A stretch of 64,000 nt of DNA, taken from Mizuhopecten yessoensis (taxonomy: Eukaryota). The notes below the pieces were generated by a model. That model was given only the letters and a program-made list of their open reading frames with translations, did no database searches and was not told the origin of the DNA. Where the stretch lies: positions 226,577 to 290,576 of the forward strand of contig NW_018408869.1 of the NCBI RefSeq assembly GCF_002113885.1, read 5' to 3'. Positions 38,501 to 49,400 of the stretch are shown one piece after another. Positions within the stretch are counted from its first letter, which is position 1. Every line of letters begins with the position of its first letter. A program made the position numbers and the translations under genes.

Positions 38501-41500
38501 AATGTATTTCCTGATTATAAGTTTACCAACAGGTGGTTGCTACTAAAACAGTAAGCAATATACAACGGTGACAATACCATATGACTAGTCTTATAATGAG
38601 AAATAACAGAATCTTATAATGAGGGAAAACATGTCAGCATCACACAAAAATTGGGAAATTTATGCACATTTCCCATTGGGAATGGGGCCTTTTATCAGCC
38701 CTTGAGGCACCATAGAAAAAGGCTGAAATATCATGTGGAGATTTGCACACAATTTCATGACTATACCTTGCAGCATATTATGTATATTATAAGAAATGAT
38801 TAAAACATCTGGTGAAGACCTCAAAAGTAACAGAGAAAGGATACGCCACACCTCGAATACGTTTGATTTTACCGGGATCTGTCAATTGTAGAGGACGGAG
38901 CTTCTGTCGACATGGACAGTTAAAGATTACCTCTCCTCCACCCTCTGGTGCAGCCCCTCGTCTTGTGATCTACATCAAATATAATTTAAAATGTTTTGAT
39001 TAATTGAATAGGGGAGGTAATTTGGGAGCACAGGAGTGCCCAACAATATTTTCTTATTCTATCTTTGTGGTTTCAATTCTTATACTATCTTTGTGGTTTT
39101 GATTCTTATCCTATTTTTGTGGTTTGAAACCTTATCATATTTCAGGTCTGTTTTTACACCAAGGGCATTTAATATTCAAGAAATTTAACTGTGTGATGCA
39201 GTTTGTAATCCACTCTTTTTCTGTGATTTTTTTTATCTCGCAAAATATTTGATTTCAGTAATAAATGTTATTTCATGATATAACAATGCAGAGAGATATT
39301 CCCTTGTGTCACTACATCTACAGTCTAATACTACCCTTATATTTCAATATTATAAAGTGCTATAAAACCTGTCTAAACAAGACACCAGCAAACAAAAATA
39401 ATTTGGTGTTCACATTACACATGGTACAGGTTCCATTTACATAGAAACAATTGATATATGTATAAAGTGAGATGGACTTAATAAAATTATACAGGTTTAT
39501 ATAGAAATGTTCAGTTAGATCTATGGTAGATGAGGATCTGGTGAATACAATTTTCAATATTCTGAAGATTATCAGTACCGATAGGCTACACTGCACATTT
39601 GTACACAGGTAACAACATTCTGTATTACCTTAAGTTCCAATCCTTCATCTGTTCCAAGAAATCTCTTCAAAACTGGTATTGTTGACAACTTGATCAAATC
39701 CACCTATTTTCATTTAACAAAGTCAATTCAATTATTATAAAAAAACACCAGTCATCAACAGTGGCATTCACCGTCAGTAGTATTATTACCAAATAAATGT
39801 GCAAATTACACAGGTTTTTACGGTATATATATCTAAATAAGAAATGTATATGAACATAGACTAGAAACAGCAATTTCCTGTAAGTTATGTTAAAATTGCC
39901 CCAATAATGTATTCTAATCTGTGTCAAGGGTTATTGTGATATGGTGAATCTGACAGTTTAGCATGACAGTGTGCATTGCTAAATCAAGTAATATTATTTA
40001 GACTATCAACTTAAGAACAACATGAAACCAAAACTATGTATAGTACATGTATCAAATTGGCTACTTACAGAAGGGTCAATCTGGTCATTGGTGACCCCTC
40101 TGAGGATGGCTTTGATTGGTTTCTTGGTGAAAGGAGCCAAACACATAAGTGCCTCTAAGTAGTAGCCTATGCTGCGCTGCGTGTTACATTCATGTTCCAG
40201 TTTCCCACCAATCAGAAGTCCAGGCTGGTACAGTAGACTTGTACCTAAAAATCAGTTTGCCAGTCAGTAATTATAAAAACACATCTAGCTGTAAAATAAA
40301 TGTTCTATAATGACAATAACAATGCTGTATTTGATATTACAAGTAGGAATTATGAGGAGTGACTGCTTATCAGGTAAATCCAGCATTAATTTGACTCTAT
40401 TTTGGGAAATAAACCGGGAGTTCGGCTCATTTTTAAGTGATTTTTCCTCACAACACCCCAGTCTTGGGTGATTAACACCTTAGCCATTAATAAATTCATA
40501 TCCCAAAAACAAAATCTAAAATTAAAATAACTTTATAAAAGTATACCTGTTTCACTTATAACAATCTTCGAACCATTGGTTAATTTGTCTAACAGTCGGA
40601 TGATACTTGCTTCAAAATCTGAAAGAAATATAAAAATAAATAGGTGCATATGACAAATGGAGAAGACACTTGGCTCAACATCCCAGAAAACTGGATGGAA
40701 TGAACTACTTATTTTATTTATTATTTTAAATAACTTAATTTGATATGTGTGAAGACCTTTTGAGATGTTAGGATGACACGACATCTCCTTACCGAGGACT
40801 AAGCCTGGAGAAGAGAAATCTAAATGCTGCATTATGGTTCACAAAGCCAGGTATACCAAAGGGGAGATAGTCAGTAAGCTATTTCTAACTATAGGGTGGG
40901 TAGTCTAGATCTAGATGCTCAGAGGGTAACTAAGATATTTGGATGACTCCTCCTTACAGAGTATGGAAACAGTGTCAAGTCATCTGAATATATTACCCTC
41001 CAAGCATCTGGAGCTGGACTTCGGGATGGGCCTTGAGGTACCACAGTCAACTTAACTTTCCATATCAGTCTAAAAGTGGTAAACACCACACTTGGTCTAC
41101 CTTGTCATAATGTTACATGCGAGCAACTGTGGCACAAAATGGGGATAGCTTAACAGTTAAATGTAGTGACATGTAGAATATCCATAGTAATTATTAATGA
41201 TTTTTATTTAGGAAGCGCTATTATGCCTTTAGGTACTGCCATGGAATAACTTCAGTAATTGTACTGGTCAAGGTTTACAATTAATCAATAATGTTCATTT
41301 GCATAGAATCAACTTATCATCACTTTGACCAATAGTGGTGTCAGGTCATTTTAGCACTTATAAATACAGGCATATAGCAGAAGTGTACAGATACGGAACC
41401 GCCCCAAGAGGAATGAATGTGCCATAAAAGTGTATGGATAACTGTGAAACTTTTAAGTATACACGCTGGAGTTTTCTGATGTCTGTTATCTATCGATTCT

Positions 41501-42588
41501 ACGACAAAGTCTTTTATACTGAATTACATGTGAATTTGTTACCATAATTAACTTGTTTGTTTACATTCGTCTTATAGGCCTATACATAAAGTCATATTTG
41601 ACTATATAGAAGCTGCCCATGTAGCCAGATTTGCCGGTGCACCAGTATCTGATACTATTATATCCTCATATGCTCATTTGAATACGACATTTTCGTACGT
41701 TTGTCAGACTACAAAAAAGACAGGTTTATGAATGAAATATATTGTAACCCTGGTAAATACTAGCCGCAATATATCGCTCGGCCAAAGAGAACTTCTCTTT
41801 AGCTCGATCGGTTGAGCGTAAGACTAGTAAGCCAGAGGTCCCGGGTTCGATCCCATGCGGAGGCAGTGATTTATATTTAATTAATCATGCGCTCTGTTAC
41901 ATTGGCGCCCACGTAGGGACCCGGGAAAATACTCGGCCTTGCTCCACAAGCATCGCTGTTACCCCTGAAAAACTCGAGGACGAGTTCTTTCCTGGAAGGG
42001 GGAGTATGTAACCCTGGTAAATACTAGCCGCAATATATCGCTCGGCCAAAGAGAACTTCTCTTTAGCTCGATCGGTTGAGCGTAAGACTAGTAAGCCAGA
42101 GGTCCCGGGTTCGATCCCATGCGGAGGCAGTGATTTATATTTAATTAATCATGCGCTCTGTTACATTTCACCGTTTTTTCAGGTATGGGCTCATTTTGAG
42201 CAAGATATAAAGTGCGTGTTTTTTTAATCAGTGATTATTTCGTATGTTTTTCTGACGAACTTCCGGTAATTTTTGTGTCAGTTTACAGACGATGGCCAAA
42301 CTCTAAAATTTCCTGGTGTTGTGTCCAGCAGGTCACGTAGTTACAAGAAATAGCTTGATAAAATGGTTACGCGGAAATACATAACTCGCGGAAACATATG
42401 ACAAAACGATACATTACTAGGAGAGAGCGTTACATAAATAACAAATAAGTTTAAGCACCTTTCAATCCTGGATCATCTTCCTTTGATCGTATCTTTTTCA
42501 CCTTGACTGTTTTCCCACTAAGAGTGGATAAGATCAGTCTTTGTCTAAGGTAATTGCAACCATCATATGTGAGCGTGTTTGTTGCCAT
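35505..42588 (-). CDS. RCL1: RNA 3'-terminal phosphate cyclase-like protein (pre-rRNA processing); exons 42588-42459, 40618-40547, 40244-40069, 39703-39629, 38969-38845, 38145-38020, 37500-37341, 36951-36848, 35670-35505; 377 aa
   Basis: Translation MATNTLTYDGCNYLRQRLILSTLSGKTVKVKKIRSKEDDPGLKDFEASIIRLLDKLTNGS...YQPGLLIGGKLEHEC...SIGYYLEAL..LAPF.KKP...RGVTND..DPSVD...RRGAAPEGGGEV...KIKRIRGVAWAVRVSP...DIYIYTDH...SPGFGLTLVAET...PEDLG...GGCVDS...IQFLRHIRDF...CVGVGYSNVSK. The spliced CDS is 1134 nt in frame. Confidence 0.96.
36210..36732 (+). repeat. Minisatellite, 35-bp unit, ~15 copies, RCL1 last intron
   Basis: Unit AAACAATACAACATACCTCCTAATGACTTACACTT. Confidence 0.95.
38146..38844 (-). other. 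U12-type (minor spliceosome) GT-AG intron, RCL1 intron 5
   Basis: The 5' splice site reads GC|GTATCCTTT. A branch sequence CCCCTTGAC lies about 10 nt upstream of the AG, with no polypyrimidine tract. Confidence 0.85.
41743..42165 (+). mobile_element. TRIM (miniature non-autonomous LTR retrotransposon) with tRNA-derived LTRs, young copy
   Basis: Identical 159-bp direct repeats 41743-41901 and 42007-42165 (TGTAAC...GTTACA). PBS TGGCGCCCACGTAGGGAC at 41903-41920 and PPT GGAAGGGGGAG just before LTR2. Each LTR has an A box, CT-AGT-AA loop and B box. No TSD found. Confidence 0.9.
41792..41865 (+). pseudogene. tRNA-Thr(AGT)-derived sequence inside TRIM LTR1 (duplicated at 42056-42129 in LTR2); not a functional tRNA
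   Basis: A box TAGCTCGATCGG (41800-41811), loop CTAGTAA (AGT at 41826-41828), B box GGTTCGATCC (41844-41853). The anticodon stem does not pair and the acceptor stem pairs only partly. Confidence 0.7.
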
Positions 42589-43320
42589 TTTTCACACAAC
42601 ACATGGTCAGCAAAGTTATATTTGCGCTTGATAAGTACGTGTCGTCAAACGTGCGTTCAAACGTTTTTGAGGTCCCCGGTAAATCTTGTTCGCCGGACCG
42701 GACCCGGACCAAAATTCCGATCCAGGCATATAAACATTTTTATATGGAATCGTTCATAAATAAAAATCCAATTATTATAAAAAAAAAATCAAAAAAATCG
42801 TGCGACATACAAGTTTCACCTCCTTGAAGTACTCATTATTGACTGATTTCTAAATTATAAAAGGAGTTTTAAGATTTCATTCAAATGACCTTATAAAATA
42901 TTTATTGACATTTTTGTAGAGATTAAAATAATTATAAACGTTTCTGTTGTTGAGATATAAAATCAGGTGTATATGCCTTGATCAGGTTTTCAGTCTGGCA
43001 CCAATTTTAACTTGTACATGAATATTTTCTTGTGTCTCAATCAACATCTATATATTATATGTTCTGTCCTTATAGGTATGATAATAAGGATCATACTTCT
43101 GGCCTTGAAAATAAGCCATACACGGCTATCTATCTATGGTTTTTGATGATAGGTCCACTTTGAAAATAGGCATTCTTTTAAAATAGGACTTCAATTTCTT
43201 TACTATAAAGAAATCAGCCACAACTTATTAGATTTTAGGGTAATTCACATATAACTGTAACCAAGGTAACAGCAAAAAGTCAATTGTCAAGTCATGTAAC
43301 AAGTGACTTGACGGTAATAT

Positions 43321-44374
43321 TGTCGTGAATTTGGTGTGTGTTATTACCCACCGTCACAACATGTAGTTGGGAACTGCTCTCAGGTCCCAAAATCTATAAG
43401 AATAGGCGGAGGAAAATCAGTCACAGGTTAAAGTCAGGATGTTAAGAGACTGCGTCGAGATGTCACACCAAGGTTGTCGGCGCGGTTATCGGTCCAAGAC
43501 ACCCCTTAAGCATAGGGGACCCCTAACAGGAACACAGTTTCACCGTGCCCAGTAGTGGAAGTTCGGGCTCATACTTCATACAGATCTAATTCTGTTGATG
43601 GGCTTATTTTAACTGTGCCTTCCTCCATGGTACAGGACCATTAAAAATATGAACTTTATGGTTGAGCATAGGCATACTGGCCCTTGCCAGGTACTCAGAC
43701 ATGTATGGTATTTGGATAATATGTCTGAAGTTTCAAAAGTGGAAGAATGCCTTCCACTTGTATGCTGACATTGACAGGGTGTTGATAACACAATCCCACC
43801 CCTGAGTAGATAATCGCTCAACGGGCCGATCCCCCAGTTTCCACAGACGGTTGAGCAGAAAACCACTCGGTCTCTAGAGGCTGGGAGGCTGCCTGAGAGG
43901 CAGAGAACCGTCTCTTTCTGAACCTTTCTATTCTTGGCAGACTTAAATAGAGCTAGCTTCTATGAAAATATTGCCTAGTCACCCCCACACCAGTCTACTC
44001 ACCTTTTGGGGTGCTTTAGTCTACTCACCTTTTGGGGTGCTCTAGTCTACCAAGCTGTGCCGGTGAGTACCCCACCTGAGTGGGTTAAAGCGCTATCGGA
44101 TTGCTCCACAACAGTTGAGCGACAGTGGCCAGGCTTCTGTAATGGCATGAGTCTCCCGTTCTTGGCAGAATTTCCTGCCATAGCCTTGGGGAGGGCTTCA
44201 CTCAAACAGTTCCCTGGCCCCTGCAAACGTGTCCTTTGGCATTTGATATATTTCAAATACCAGCGGCTCAGAAGATAAAACGACTTCAACGTGTATCTTA
44301 AGTCTCTTTTTCCAGGGAGGTTGTCGGCGTGGTTAGCGGTCTATGGGAGATAATTCTCCCCAAAATTCACCACA
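43321..44374. mobile_element. Probable solo LTR (Gypsy-type, 4-bp TSD)
   Basis: Termini TGTCGTGAATTT ... AAATTCACCACA (TG..CA, imperfect inverted), ATAT TSD on both sides, GC content higher than the flanks, internal direct repeat GGTTGTCGGCG.GGTTA.CGGTC (~43472 and ~44319). Confidence 0.7.
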
Positions 44375-46426
44375 ATATTTCAATTGCCAACATTTTATAT
44401 TTATCTTAGCAGTAAGTTTTTCTTCTTCCTTTCTTCACAAGAAGGGACAAGGCTCCATGTTTAAGTTTAGGAGGCATGACAATGATGATTATACTTTTTC
44501 TTTAACATGAACAGTTGTTGAAACTGTACAGACACATAGAGAATTGATAACAAAAAAGAGCATGCTTTAATCAACAAAAATCATACTTATTTTATTACAA
44601 TAAAAAGTCTATAAAGGCACTTCATCATGGTAATGAACATTGCACGTGATACATGTTTATAAATGTATGGAGCACTTTATGGCATGAAAACAAATTAAGA
44701 ACAATGGCTTATTTTCATTTAACAAGAAACAAGAACAATGCATGCCTCTACCAGAACATAATCTATTATATTGACCACATACTTACGTTGAGTTTCCCTA
44801 GAAATTTTACAAGGTAAACATAGCCACCTGGTCAACAGTTAAAAATAATGTCAGATAGCATTTGATAAGGTAACAACACAGTTGTTCATGTCTTTACAGT
44901 CAAAAGTCAAAACTATTTCCCTTTGGTGTTAGGGAGGAGATGTACTCAGGAAACAGTCTCCGAGTTGGTCCAAACAACTGCAAACTATTTTCAGTCTTGC
45001 AACATGTTACAAGCAAAAAATCCCTCCACAGGCTAAAACCCTTGAAATCAAGGGTACCTCTTGTAATTGTTCTGGGATACATTTATTGTAAATACTTCAC
45101 CAATAGGACACACTGCGGATAGAGACATGTCACCATCCTGGATATATCCTGGTCTACTGGCTGATTGATATGTATTACTTAAATCATTCGTTCACACATG
45201 TACTTAATTTAACAATAAACCAAATAGTCCGCATGACAGATGGAATTGTTTACGATTAAAAGTTTATTTCTTGCCTCCCTGATATATCGATGTGTACTGC
45301 AATTGAAATATGCCACACATGCACATTTTCTTTATTAAAAAAATGCCAGCAAATACAGTTTTGAAATATTTGCCTAAGAGTTCAACTTTTAGCATGAAAA
45401 TAAACCAAGTCACAAAATAATAAGGGACATTCCAAGATTAATGGTATTTTGAGGAGGAAGGCACCTGTATTAGTATCAGTGGCATTCCTTATATTAAATC
45501 AGATTCAATATTTGATGGGCAATGGAGCTTTCAAAAATGTGGCCCCCGTCCCCTCCATAAAGTTAATCCTGGAACAGCCCTTTATGAGTTAAGGTTAAGA
45601 ACACACTATTTTCTTCAAATATAGCACATTATAATAAGTCACAGTTGAGCAGTCTAACTGAAACAGTTCTCAATAAGTACATGTCACAACAAACCACATC
45701 ATTTAAAGGGTAATATTTAGGATGAATAATACTTATAAATAAATACAATGTAAAGCAAAATTACATCATAATTCAAAAGTGCACATAATCACTGCAATAA
45801 ATAGAATAAAGCACGTTGGACTGGAACCTGGATTACCCAAAGAGATTTGCTATCTAACCTCATTCTTCTGAATAGTCAAGTAAATTAAAGATATTACAAG
45901 TAATCTACTGGAGATCACATTCATTGCATTACATGTACTAATACAAATAGACATACATAATCATACATTGGAAGACAGTTTAAACACATCATGCAGCCAT
46001 CTTCAATCATCAAACACCATAGTCTAAAGCGATATGTTGCACACACTCATTTTTGTGAACTTACCTTTTAGTATTAAAATATTTACCAGAACTTTAATTT
46101 GTATTCCACTCATATTATGTCACTCACTGTAAGACGGATAACAATTTGTGAACAGCTTTGAGATGACCTACGACCTAGGTTTGTGATAAAGCAATATATA
46201 AGAACCTCAAATTATTATCATTATTGAGATCAACGGTTAACGAGTGCAAAAATGAATATCAAACATAATTTAAGCAATCTATGGTACCCATGGCTGGTTA
46301 CAATAATATCATTGCATGATATGTATAAAGAGCAAACGTTTTTCATTCAACTGTTTGCTAAAAAAATTGGTAAGCACCAACGTGAACATTTCAAAACACC
46401 AAAAATTCAACTTACTTTTTCACATT

Positions 46427-49400
46427 TTAATTGATTGGGTTAGACGCCAGATTGGAGTTGAACCTTGAATATCTGTTAGGAATGAACCGGTGCTTTTTCA
46501 GACAAATGAGTGCAATGACGATGAAGAGTAACAGGACAACGGCACCGAGCCCAATGATAACGTACTCCATGTATTTCGGAACATCTTTTGGAGGTGCCTT
46601 GGGGGTCGAGTGGTGGGGACGGGGATGATGCGTCGTTATTTCACCATGGAGACAGGATTGGTACCCAGATTTCTCCAGCTCGCTGATAGCGCAGAAATGT
46701 TGTTTAACACATGACTCGTCACAGTAAGGCATGACATCCTGACTGACGGAGTTAAACTGGAGGTATTTCATATAAAGCTTATTGAATTTATCATTATCGA
46801 ATGAATTTACTAATGCCAACACTTCTAATGGCTGTAATTTTGTTAGGTTGTAGACTTTTTTCGCCTCATACTCCAACGCCCAATTTGGCGGATTTCCTGA
46901 AATCACTGAAGAAAGGTTAAGAAAATACTGCCAGTAGTTGATGATTTCGCCGTTATTCTGGTTGTACTCGTAAAGCCGCACGCCAGGATTGTTGGCTCCT
47001 ACTCCTGCCAGGCTACTGTTCCAAGGAGTAACAGCAGGGCTCAGGAATAAGATGTCCACTGGTTCTCCTACAAACAAATGTGTATTGTGTATTTCCCCTC
47101 AACAGCTGTCCAAAACATAAATAACATTCAGTGTGAGTGCCAGCCTCCTTAAAAGTGGGTTCCAAGCAAAGCATTGTTTGGTCACACACAAGAAAATGTG
47201 ACAACAGTTTAAAAAATAAATGGACTTCCATGCGATTTGTTTTGATTATATGGTTAATGCAACAAATGACATCAATACCTCTGGTAATTGTTTTTGCAAT
47301 CATGTCATCCTAATTTGATAAGGCCAAATATAATTTAAAAAAAATGATGATAAGGACAATAATAGTATTTACCATAACTGTCCTTTACCAACCGAAAGCT
47401 ATCTGTGTGCTCATGGCCGTACACTTGGGTAGCTATGACATCATTAAACGTCTGGAGGATCTTGATGTATTCGTTGTTGTAATCATTATAAAACCACATC
47501 AAATCCTGGTACTTTTCAAAATAACCAGGTGCAATATGGGAAAAGAGAATCACCTGAAACAAAGAAATATGGTAACACATGTAAATATATTTTGAAAATA
47601 ATTTTATGATTACTTTACAATGATTACAAAATATATAATATAAAGTATTTATTATGCATATATGTCAAAGGTCGGGTTCCCATAAATATTTGTTTCTTTG
47701 GTGAGTGACATTCTGAATGGGTTTAGGAAGACTTTATTTTTAAATAGTTTAATAATTTTAATTAATTGATTTTTAATTAATGAAAATTACTAAAAAAAAA
47801 TCAATTCGGGAAAAAAATAAATAATTAAAGCCTAATTTGTCTTTACTAAAAATAAATGAATTTGCTATGGAAATATATATATGTATATGTTAAATTTATA
47901 GATAGAACTTTTTGAAGAATGTTATTATTTTAAGAAATAATGTCATAGACAGGTATAGGTTACTTCTGATACCTAAAAACCACTCCAGAAAGAAAAGAAC
48001 CTTTTTATTGAGGCTCCTCGCCTCTGAAAGTTTCCTCCTCAGCCATTGAAACTGTCCAGCAGGGTCTCCTGTGCCTTTAGTCAGGGGGTCCTGGCTGAAC
48101 AGCAGGTTTGTATTGAGTCCAACCATCACTAGTCCTGTCTTTGTATGCCCCTGGTAATAGCCACCTTCAACAACCACAGTATATAGGAAAAATTATAAGA
48201 TTTCTACATAGGAAAAGTACTCTACCTTGAATTTTGGGAAATATGCCATTGTGCATTGCTTGGGGGAATTACATTAAAATAGTTATAACTATGCTAAATG
48301 ATAAGATATGAAAAGAAATGTCTGAAGCAGTCATACGGTAAGTATAACATTGTAACAATTAAACATTGTATGTCTGAAGCAGTCATAGGAAAGTATAACA
48401 TTGTAACAATTAACAGTCATAGGAAAGTATAACATTGTAACAATTAACAGTCATAGGAAAGTATAACATTGTAACAATTAAACATTGTAACACTTTGTTA
48501 CCCATTCATATTCAACAGAAAAAGAACAATTTAAAACATTTAATATGCAATTTCTTGATAAAGACTTAGCAGTTTGGTACATTTTTGTATTTATATCAAA
48601 TGAAAATTAACATGCAAAGAACATGATTAAACATGTCAACACATTTCTACGGTCAAAGCTTGATTAAACATGTTAACACATTTCTACGGTCAAAGCTTGA
48701 TTAAGAACCTATTTGTCTGAAGTGTAGCAACCTCGTAAATATATTTTTGTGTATATATGAATTTTCAACTCCTTTACAGGTAAAATACAAAAAGAATTGG
48801 ACTACTCTTCTGATATTTTTTTTCTGTTTGCTTTCAAATTCTTGGTTAAGAAATAACAAATACTGCAAAGCTAGTTTTCAGGTTTGCTTGTCAAAATGTT
48901 TTAATCATAGCTAGCTAAAATGAAAGCTGCCAGATGTATTCATGAATCAAATTTTAAAAAGCACTCAAGTCTCAAGGTGTCCATGTTTACCTGTCTTAAA
49001 CTCGTCAGCAGTATTATTTTCCAGTAGTGTATGCCAGTGAGACTTATACAGGATGTCACTGTAGTAGTTTGTTGACCCGTTAGGGTAGTGGTCTGCTGGG
49101 TATTCGTCATGGTTACCCAGGACAGGGTAGATGGTGGTGTTAGGAAAGCCCTGTTTAAGTCTCAAGGTAACATTTCCAATGTTCTCATACACTTTCAAAG
49201 AATCCAAATCAGAGTTTTTTACATGTGGAATACTATCTCTGAAAAATTAATTGCCATAATTAATATTTTGACAATTTTGAATGCCATTGTGAAACTGTAC
49301 AGTTATTACTTTCCCAAAATTATTGCAATACCCTGAAATCAAACTAATTTTTTTCAGTAAGGAATCTGAGGTTTATTTATGAAGCTAGCCTTTTTTCAAG

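Noticed and set aside
41792-42129. Two functional tRNA-Thr genes
   Set aside because: The anticodon stem cannot pair and the acceptor stem is defective. Both copies are embedded in LTRs.
35671-42458. Intronic snoRNAs in RCL1 (and PSMB2)
   Set aside because: No convincing C/D box pair with terminal stem or H/ACA fold was found by eye. An Infernal/snoscan search would be needed to exclude them.
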